NCBI GenBank assembly: GCA_027251445.1
Contig: JAPNQO010000058.1
Location: 1 to 26,036, forward strand
Origin: Fidelibacterota bacterium
GTDB lineage: Bacteria; Fidelibacterota; Marinisomatia; Marinisomatales; TCS55
DNA: 26,036 nt
Direction: 5' to 3'
The translations under genes were made by a program, and so were the position numbers. The notes under the pieces are model-generated. The model did not search any database, had not been told where the DNA came from, and worked only from the letters and a program-made list of their open reading frames with translations. Shown in pieces: positions 19,424 to 26,036 of this stretch (position 1 is the stretch's first letter; each line of letters opens with the position of its first letter).

Positions 19424-21079
19424 ATGAATAAAAGAAAAGAATTTATCAAGCAAGAAAAAAAATGGAAGGAGGACTTAAATAATTTTCCTGAAAGAGACTA
19501 TAACTTTAATTCTCTAAGCGGAAAAAAACTTGATGAATTATATTATCCAGATAATCCTGATGATAAATATGTAAACAAACTAGGATTTCCAGGTCAATAT
19601 CCTTATACAAGAGGAGTCCATGCAAATATGTATCGTGGAAAGCTTTGGACAATGAGACAATTTTCAGGGTATGGTAGTCCTGAAGAATCAAATAAGAGGT
19701 ATCATTATTTGCTTAATCAAGGACAAACTGGATTATCAATAGCATATGATATGCCTACGCTTATGGGTTATGACCCTGATCATCCAATCTCAATTGGAGA
19801 AGTTGGAAAGTGTGGTGTAAGTGTTGCATCTTTAAATGATATGGAAATTTTACTTAAAGATGTTGATCTTAGTAAGGTATCAATATCTCAGACCATAAAT
19901 GGGCCAGCCATTATTCTTTTGGCTTTTTATATTGCTTTAGCGGAAAAACAAGGAGTTGCTCTTGACACGCTTCGCGGCACTTTACAAAATGATATTTTAA
20001 AAGAATTCACTGCACAGAAAGAGTGGATATTTCCACCTCTGCCTTCAATGCGTATAATTACAGATATGTTATCATTTTGTACTGAAAAAATGCCTAAATA
20101 CAATACTATTTCTATCTCAGGATATCATATTAGAGAAGCTGGAGCAACTGCAGCGCAGGAGTTGGCGTTTACTCTTGTAGATGGCTTTACATATATTGAA
20201 TATGCTCTAAAGGCTGGATTAAAGATTGATGATTTTGCTCCAAGATTATCATTTTTCTTTAACTCACATTTAGACTTTTTTGAAGAAATAGCAAAATTTA
20301 GAGCAGCCCGAAGAATATGGGCAAAACACTTAAAAGAAAATTATGGAGCAAAAAAAGAAAGTTCACTTAAACTCAGGTTTCATGCTCAAACTGCGGGATG
20401 TTCACTAACAGCTCAACAACCCGAGAATAATATTTCTAGAACTGCATTCCAAGCTATAGCCGCTGTATTAGGTGGCGCACAATCACTTCATACAAATTCA
20501 ATGGATGAAACACTTGCGCTTCCATCAGAAAAAGCAGCAGAGATTGCCTTAAGGACTCAACAGTTAATTGCATATGAAACAGGTGTAGCTAATGTTTCAG
20601 ATCCATTAGGTGGTAGTTGGTTTCTTGAATCATTAACTGATCAGCTTGAAAGCGATGCTGAGAAGTATTTTGAAGATATTGAAAAGAATGGTGGTGTTAT
20701 TCAAGCTATTGAAGATGGATATTTTCAAAGAGAAATTGCTAGGTCTGCAGAAGATTATCAAAAACTTATTGATGAGAAACAATTATATATTGTTGGAGTT
20801 AATAAATTTAATAAAGAAGATGAAAATATAGATATACCAATATTAGAGATTGGGCCTGAAGTAGAGAAAGAACGTATAAATTCTATTAATAAATTAAAGG
20901 CTAATCGTGACCAAACATTGGTGCAGCAGTCTCTTAATGCTATACAAGAATGCTGTAAAAATAAAAAAAATATTATGCCTGCAATTATAAATGCTGCTAA
21001 ATCTAATGTAACACTTGGTGAAATTGTGACTGTCATGAAAGTTGAATTTGGTGAATGGCAGGAAGCTGCTTCTTTTTAA
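19424..21079 (+). CDS. icmA: B12-dependent acyl-CoA mutase large (substrate-binding) subunit, isobutyryl-CoA mutase IcmA-like
   Basis: 551 aa. Motifs [39 protein letters not shown] and [10 protein letters not shown]. No C-terminal DxHxxG B12-binding domain. Carries Phe80 and Gln198 rather than Tyr/Arg. The family call is near certain; the substrate is inferred. Confidence 0.75.
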   Translation: MNKRKEFIKQEKKWKEDLNNFPERDYNFNSLSGKKLDELYYPDNPDDKYVNKLGFPGQYPYTRGVHANMYRGKLWTMRQFSGYGSPEESNKRYHYLLNQGQTGLSIAYDMPTLMGYDPDHPISIGEVGKCGVSVASLNDMEILLKDVDLSKVSISQTINGPAIILLAFYIALAEKQGVALDTLRGTLQNDILKEFTAQKEWIFPPLPSMRIITDMLSFCTEKMPKYNTISISGYHIREAGATAAQELAFTLVDGFTYIEYALKAGLKIDDFAPRLSFFFNSHLDFFEEIAKFRAARRIWAKHLKENYGAKKESSLKLRFHAQTAGCSLTAQQPENNISRTAFQAIAAVLGGAQSLHTNSMDETLALPSEKAAEIALRTQQLIAYETGVANVSDPLGGSWFLESLTDQLESDAEKYFEDIEKNGGVIQAIEDGYFQREIARSAEDYQKLIDEKQLYIVGVNKFNKEDENIDIPILEIGPEVEKERINSINKLKANRDQTLVQQSLNAIQECCKNKKNIMPAIINAAKSNVTLGEIVTVMKVEFGEWQEAASF

Positions 21080-21095
21080 TTTAATTAGAAATCTT

Positions 21096-21530
21096 ATGCA
21101 TCAAAAATATAAAGTTATCCTCTCAGTAGTCGGACTTTCATTAGTATTAACTTTCTGGATATTTTGGTCTTCAATGAATCCTGTAAATGATAAAGCATTA
21201 GTAAAATTTATTTCGATAAAAGAAATATTAGATTTTAATAATACAGAACGTGTTCGTTTAGGAGGTATAGTTGCGGATAGTTCTATTGTTATATCTGAAT
21301 CTAATAGGTTAGAAGTAAATTTTAGTATCAAAGAAGGTATATCTAGATTACCAGTTAAATTTGTAGGGGCCAGACCTGATTTATTTAAGCATGGAGCTGA
21401 GGTTATTGTTGAAGGTGTATATCTAAATGGATCATTCAATGCAGATATGTTACAAACTAAATGTGCATCACGTTATGAGGGTGATCTAAGAGACGAATCA
21501 TCTTACAAACTTGATGAAATAAAAATATGA
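21096..21530 (+). CDS. ccmE: Cytochrome c maturation heme chaperone CcmE, CxxxY variant
   Basis: N-terminal TM, then VRLGG, PDLFKHGAEVIVEG and TKCASRY. Start placed at ATG 21096 rather than GTG 21042, which lies inside the mutase gene. Confidence 0.92.
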   Translation: MHQKYKVILSVVGLSLVLTFWIFWSSMNPVNDKALVKFISIKEILDFNNTERVRLGGIVADSSIVISESNRLEVNFSIKEGISRLPVKFVGARPDLFKHGAEVIVEGVYLNGSFNADMLQTKCASRYEGDLRDESSYKLDEIKI

Positions 21531-23503
21531 TCCCTGTTTTTGGCAGTGTTTCAATTAGTCTTGCTGCTGGTTTTTCTATTCTATCAATAATTTTACTATC
21601 CTTATATATTTATAATGGAGACTACCGGCTATTCCTATCTGGTAGAAGAATGGCAATAGTAGTCTCTTTCCTTGTAATTATTGCTACCATTATTTTAGTC
21701 AATGAACTTATTTCTAGTAATTTTGATATTGACTATGTAGCTCACCATACTAGCTTGGAAACGCCTGGTATATACAAGTTTAGCGCGTTATGGGCAGGGC
21801 AGTCTGGATCTCTACTTTTTTGGTTGTTTATACTTTCAATATTTAGTTTAATTGCAATTTATCAAAATAGAAATAGGTATCATAAAATGATGCCTTGGAT
21901 AATAATAGTAATACTTTTCATACAATTATTCTTTCTTATACTTACAAATTTTATTACAAATCCATTCGAGCCAACAAATGCAGATTTTGAAGTAGCAAAT
22001 GGCTTAGGACTTAATCCTTTACTCCAAAACTTAACAATGGCAATACATCCTCCAATATTATATTTAGGATTCGTTGGTTTTACAATACCATTTGCTTTTG
22101 CTTTTGCCGCATTAGTTACAAATGAAAGTGGATCATTATGGATAAGGTCTATAAGAAGATGGTCTTTGGTTACATGGCTTGCACTAAGCTGTGGAATAAT
22201 TTTAGGAGGTTGGTGGGCATATCAAGAGCTCGGATGGGGAGGCTACTGGGCCTGGGATCCTGTAGAAAATGCATCCTTTATGCCTTGGTTAACCGGAACA
22301 GCTTTTTTGCATTCTATAATAATTCAAGAAAAGAAAAACATGCTTCGATTATGGAATATGATTCTAATAATGTTAACATTTATTTTAACAATTTTTGGAA
22401 CATTTCTTACACGAAGTGGCGTAATGTCATCAGTTCACTCATTTACCCAATCTCCACTAGGGCCTTTTTTCTTATCATTTGTTGTACTTTTACTCTGTAT
22501 ATGTGCTTTTCTAATTATTCAAAATTTATCTAATCTAAAATCAGTTAAACGTATTGAATCACTTACCTCAAGAGAAAGTGGATTTTTATTCAATAATGTA
22601 GTTTTTGTAACGCTCTGTTTCGCTGTATTTTGGGGAACAATTTTTCCAGTAATATCTGAAGCTGTCCAGGGGACCAAGATTACAGTGGGGGCCCCTTTCT
22701 TTAATCAAGTGACTATTCCAATTGGTTTATTTTTACTTTTTTTAACTGGAGTTGGTCCATTATTAGCTTGGCGCAAGACCTCAAAACAAAATCTTAAAAA
22801 TAATTTTTCATTACCAATTATTTTATCTGTTTTATCATCAGTGATTTTTATTCTATTTGGCCTTAGAGGTTATGTTGTGATTTCTCTAATGCTTTCAGTT
22901 TTTGTAATTGTTTCAATATTTATGGAATTTAAAAGAGGAGTTGCTTCAAGAGTACGGCAATTCCATGAAAATGTATTATCAGCATTTTTAACAATAATAA
23001 AAAAGAATAGAAGTAGATATGGCGGTTATTTTGTTCATATTGGTATAGTTGTAATGTTTATAGGATTTACAGGACAAGCTTTTAACTTAAAAAAAGAATT
23101 TGGATTATCTGTTGGCGAGCAAAATCACTTAGGTGATGTTAATTTAAAACTAGTAAAATTATGGTCGGAAGAAAGACCAAATCATTTTTCATGGATTGCA
23201 GAGTTATTAGTAAGTAGCAGTGATGGAAATATAATTACAGCATTACGTCCTGAAAAGAGAATATATTTTCACCTTGATCCAAATCCTGACAGAAGACAAC
23301 CGCATAGTGAGTTAGATATTTATAGCACATTTAATAGAGATATATACTCAGTCTTTTCCAGTGTAGATACGGAAAATAATATTGCTTTTTTTCAAATTAT
23401 GATAAATCCATTAGTAAGACTTGTATGGTATGGGGCATATATCCTGGTGTTCGGAACAATTATTGCATTATGGCCTAGCGATAGAAAGAAATTGTTAGTG
23501 TAA
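21527..23503 (+). CDS. ccmF: Cytochrome c maturation heme lyase CcmF
   Basis: 658 aa. Motifs WAGQSGSLLFW, GLNPLLQ, IHPP, WWD domain WGGYWAWDPVENASFMPW, AFLHS, SVHSF and VHIG. Confidence 0.96.
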   Translation: MIPVFGSVSISLAAGFSILSIILLSLYIYNGDYRLFLSGRRMAIVVSFLVIIATIILVNELISSNFDIDYVAHHTSLETPGIYKFSALWAGQSGSLLFWLFILSIFSLIAIYQNRNRYHKMMPWIIIVILFIQLFFLILTNFITNPFEPTNADFEVANGLGLNPLLQNLTMAIHPPILYLGFVGFTIPFAFAFAALVTNESGSLWIRSIRRWSLVTWLALSCGIILGGWWAYQELGWGGYWAWDPVENASFMPWLTGTAFLHSIIIQEKKNMLRLWNMILIMLTFILTIFGTFLTRSGVMSSVHSFTQSPLGPFFLSFVVLLLCICAFLIIQNLSNLKSVKRIESLTSRESGFLFNNVVFVTLCFAVFWGTIFPVISEAVQGTKITVGAPFFNQVTIPIGLFLLFLTGVGPLLAWRKTSKQNLKNNFSLPIILSVLSSVIFILFGLRGYVVISLMLSVFVIVSIFMEFKRGVASRVRQFHENVLSAFLTIIKKNRSRYGGYFVHIGIVVMFIGFTGQAFNLKKEFGLSVGEQNHLGDVNLKLVKLWSEERPNHFSWIAELLVSSSDGNIITALRPEKRIYFHLDPNPDRRQPHSELDIYSTFNRDIYSVFSSVDTENNIAFFQIMINPLVRLVWYGAYILVFGTIIALWPSDRKKLLV

Positions 23504-23796
23504 TGATTTCTACTTTTTCAATATTATTATTCTTGATGTTTTGTTGTTTTTTTCTGTATTCAATCTGGCCATTATTATTTGATAGGATAAATAACATACA
23601 CAAGGATCATGATATGCTAAATGATCTTGAAAGAAGAAAATTAATATTGTATCGAGAGATTCAATATCTTGATAATGAATATTTCATTCATAATATAAAT
23701 ACAAATGATTATAATTCATCTCGAGCTGATTTAGTACGTGAAGTATCTAAAATCATAGATCAAATAAGTTCTTTTATGCCTAATCAAAAGATTTAA
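23503..23796 (+). CDS. Small membrane-anchored protein, possibly the N-terminal domain of CcmI/CycH
   Basis: 97 aa: N-terminal TM plus an amphipathic helical segment (LERRKLILYREIQYLDNEY...DYNSSRADL). Translationally coupled to ccmF (TAATG) and ends 2 bp before ccmA. Confidence 0.55.
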   Translation: MISTFSILLFLMFCCFFLYSIWPLLFDRINNIHKDHDMLNDLERRKLILYREIQYLDNEYFIHNINTNDYNSSRADLVREVSKIIDQISSFMPNQKI

Positions 23797-23798
23797 CA

Positions 23799-24482
23799 TT
23801 GCTTACTATTAATAATATATCTAAAAGCTTTTTTCATAGAATAATTTTAGAGAATTTATCATTCAAGGTTAAACGCGGTGATACGATAGCATTATTAGGA
23901 AAAAATGGTATTGGTAAATCAACCTTATTGCGAATACTTGGAAAAATTAGCCAGCCTGATGTAGGGGATATTTTATATAAGAATTCTAGTATATATAAAG
24001 AAAAAGCAAGCGTTAGAAAAGGAATGCTTTATTTAGGGCATGATGTTGGTTTATATCCATCCTTATCTGTTATTGATAATATAAAATTTGCATGTACAGT
24101 ACATGGTGTAAAAGTTAAGGAAAATAGTATTTTAAATACTTTAAATCAATTAGGTCTATCAAAAAGGATTGATGATCAGATTAAGATTTTTTCAAAAGGT
24201 ATGCTTCAAAGTTTAAAATATGCTTTAGCTGATTTAATTGAATGGGATATACTATTCTTTGATGAACCTTTTTCTTCTTTAGATCTTAAGAGAAGAAAAA
24301 TAGCACAGGACTATATTAATCAATGGACTTCAAAATCAAAAACCATGATTTTTGCAACTCATGATCCCGAATGGGGACTATCATATTGTTCTCGCATATT
24401 GTTATTAGATGATTGTAAAATTAAAATTGATCAAAAAACGACTCAAACTGAAATAAATCAAATAACAAAAACTTTACAATAA
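23799..24482 (+). CDS. ccmA: Heme ABC exporter ATP-binding protein CcmA
   Basis: 227 aa, TTG start. Walker A GKNGIGKST, YLGH, signature FSKGM, Walker B FFDEP, H-loop ATHD. Followed by ccmB and ccmC. Confidence 0.9.
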   Translation: MLTINNISKSFFHRIILENLSFKVKRGDTIALLGKNGIGKSTLLRILGKISQPDVGDILYKNSSIYKEKASVRKGMLYLGHDVGLYPSLSVIDNIKFACTVHGVKVKENSILNTLNQLGLSKRIDDQIKIFSKGMLQSLKYALADLIEWDILFFDEPFSSLDLKRRKIAQDYINQWTSKSKTMIFATHDPEWGLSYCSRILLLDDCKIKIDQKTTQTEINQITKTLQ

Positions 24483-24484
24483 TT

Positions 24485-25147
24485 ATGTTTTATACATTAG
24501 TAAGAAAAGATTTACTGCTTGAATTCAGAACAAAAGAAATTATTATACCTATGTTTACATTTGGTTTAGCAATTATTTTGATATTCTCTCTTTCTTTTAA
24601 TGCTTCTCAAGAAATAAATCATACTTTTTCTCCAGGATTATTATGGATAATAATCCTATTTGTTAGCTCATTAGGATTGCATCGAATGTTTGTTTTAGAA
24701 AAAGAATTCGATGCATTTACTTTAAACTTGGCTGCTCCAATTGATAGAGGAACGATTTTCATTTCTAAAGTAGTTAGTGGTACTATACTTTTATTGATTG
24801 CTGAAATTATGATTATTCCACCCTTTGTAGTATTTATGAATCTTTCTATTCCTAGTAATTGGCCTATTATGATGCTCATTCTTATTATTGGTGATTTAGG
24901 TATAATGTCTATAGGAGCAATTATTAGTGGCTTATCAATGAGAGCTAAATTGAGTGAAATTTTATTTCCCATTCTTTTTTTTCCTTTAGTTTCTCCACAT
25001 TTAATTGCTTGTGTTAAAGCTACAAACTATTGGTTTAAAGGAATTCCATTTATTAATTGGCAATCCTGGGTATATTTAATAATTACTTTTTTTATAATCT
25101 TTTTTTTGGTAGGGTTTATGATATTTGATTTTATCGCTGAGGAATAG
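24485..25147 (+). CDS. ccmB: Heme exporter permease CcmB
   Basis: 220 aa, about 6 TM. Has KDLLLEFR, PGLLW and LFPILFFPLVSP. Sits between ccmA and ccmC. Confidence 0.9.
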   Translation: MFYTLVRKDLLLEFRTKEIIIPMFTFGLAIILIFSLSFNASQEINHTFSPGLLWIIILFVSSLGLHRMFVLEKEFDAFTLNLAAPIDRGTIFISKVVSGTILLLIAEIMIIPPFVVFMNLSIPSNWPIMMLILIIGDLGIMSIGAIISGLSMRAKLSEILFPILFFPLVSPHLIACVKATNYWFKGIPFINWQSWVYLIITFFIIFFLVGFMIFDFIAEE

Positions 25148-25815
25148 TGAAGTTGTTTTTTTCTAAAAGAAATAATATAATTTTTGCTTTTTTCGTACTT
25201 ATTCTAATGATGTTTAACATATATAATATTATTAATAATACGCCAATGGTTCCTGATCAATTTTGGGCTCAAAAAATTTTCTATCTTCATGTTCCTATAG
25301 CTTGGACAGGATTTCTATCATATCTAATAGTTATGATAGCTGGGATTCTTTTTCTAACAAGGAAGAATATTTTTTGGGATCATTTAGGTTTTGCAGCTGC
25401 TGAAATTGGGACTTTATTTATTACTCTTGTATTAATTACAGGACCAATTTGGGCAAAGCCAATTTGGGGAACATGGTGGACATGGGAACCAAGATTAACT
25501 ACAACTTTAATATTATTCTTGATTTATATAGGATATTTTATGCTTAGAGCATTTGGAGGTCATCCTGAACGTACTTCAAGATATGCTGCTGTATTAGGAA
25601 TTATTGCTTTTATTGATGTTCCAATTATTTTCTTTTCAGTTCGATTCTGGGAAGAAAAATACCAATCTCATCCACAAGTAGAAATTACTCAACAGAATCC
25701 AGAAATTATTTTACCATTTTTAATTTCATTATTTATTTTCACTCTTTTATTTTCATTTATGTTAAAATATAGATTACATGTACTTAAAGTTGCTCATCAT
25801 AATAAAGCTGTTTGA
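25147..25815 (+). CDS. ccmC: Heme exporter/heme-handling protein CcmC
   Basis: 222 aa, GTG start. Has YLHVP, WWD domain TGPIWAKPIWGTWWTWEPRLT, and a second His in QSHP. Confidence 0.94.
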   Translation: MKLFFSKRNNIIFAFFVLILMMFNIYNIINNTPMVPDQFWAQKIFYLHVPIAWTGFLSYLIVMIAGILFLTRKNIFWDHLGFAAAEIGTLFITLVLITGPIWAKPIWGTWWTWEPRLTTTLILFLIYIGYFMLRAFGGHPERTSRYAAVLGIIAFIDVPIIFFSVRFWEEKYQSHPQVEITQQNPEIILPFLISLFIFTLLFSFMLKYRLHVLKVAHHNKAV

Positions 25816-25922
25816 TGGAATATTATTTTATTAAAAGTTTTTTTTCTGCCGTAACTATCGTAATTATTTTTGTTATTCTTTGGTTTGTCAAACAGTTTAT
25901 TACTGAAAAAAAGTACTTATAA
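25815..25922 (+). CDS. ccmD: Small single-TM protein, probable CcmD
   Basis: Read manually: MEYYFIKSFFSAVTIVIIFVILWFVKQFITEKKYL* (35 aa). Its ATG overlaps the ccmC TGA (TGATG). Aromatic N-terminus, one TM and a basic tail. Assigned by position and architecture only. Confidence 0.6.
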   Translation: MEYYFIKSFFSAVTIVIIFVILWFVKQFITEKKYL

Positions 25923-25943
25923 TCTTTTTCATCCAGATCACTC

Positions 25944-26036
25944 TTGAAACTTAACGTTAATAGTATAATTACTGGCCCTTTTCAGGAAAATAGTTATATC
26001 CTTTCTGAAAAATTATCAAAGGATTGTATATTAGTT
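25944..26036 (+). CDS. Probable MBL-fold metallo-hydrolase, N-terminal fragment (3'-truncated by window edge)
   Basis: TTG-started frame open to the window end: MKLNVNSIITGPFQENSYILSEKLSKDCILV. This resembles the GPxxxNxY...xxIDPG start of glyoxalase II-like MBL proteins. The HxHxDH motif is outside the window. Confidence 0.6.
   Translation, partial: MKLNVNSIITGPFQENSYILSEKLSKDCILV

Noticed and set aside
21062..21077. GAAG-CTG-CTTC followed by a T-run as an intrinsic terminator after the mutase
   Set aside because: The stem is only about 4 bp and lies inside the last codons of the gene. Too weak to call.
21042..21095. ORF-track start of ccmE at GTG 21042
   Set aside because: It overlaps the mutase by 38 bp. 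ATG 21096 gives the normal short basic N-terminus before the TM anchor.
644..24972. Short alternative-frame or antisense ORFs in the track (e.g. 644-910, 4117-4311, 6185-6412, 10806-11093, 18841-19101, 21101-21439, 22138-22533, 24619-24972)
   Set aside because: All lie wholly within well-supported genes and show no recognisable motifs. They are typical shadow ORFs.
1..26036. tRNA/rRNA genes, CRISPR arrays, IS elements, prophage or defence genes
   Set aside because: Nearly all bases are accounted for by housekeeping CDSs. No periodic repeats, transposase/integrase ORFs or evident compositional shift were seen by eye.

Overview
AT-rich (roughly 30% GC by eye, not computed), very compact bacterial chromosomal window. 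Almost every gene is on the + strand, with overlapping or near-abutting start/stop codons. In order it holds: (1) the 3' end of a complex I operon (partial nuoI, nuoJKLMN), running with only a 24-bp gap into a complete Na+-NQR operon (nqrABCDEF); (2) a convergent nqrM and, divergent from nqrM, an IT-superfamily putative Na+/H+ antiporter plus a PduO-type cobalamin adenosyltransferase; (3) nrnA-like DHH phosphoesterase, ispH, pdxS, pdxT and dxs; (4) a stand-alone B12-dependent acyl-CoA mutase large subunit with isobutyryl-CoA mutase specificity residues (Phe80/Gln198) rather than methylmalonyl-CoA mutase residues; (5) a System I*-type cytochrome c maturation cluster (CxxxY ccmE, ccmF, small CcmI-like ORF, ccmABC, and a 35-aa ccmD candidate missed by the ORF track); (6) the first 31 codons of a probable MBL-fold hydrolase. 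No RNA genes, CRISPR arrays or mobile elements were seen. Gene content and streamlining suggest a marine FCB-group organism such as Marinimicrobia, but that is unverified inference. The most notable points are the apparently co-transcribed nuo+nqr locus with an adjacent antiporter, the IcmA-like mutase and the Cys-type Ccm system.
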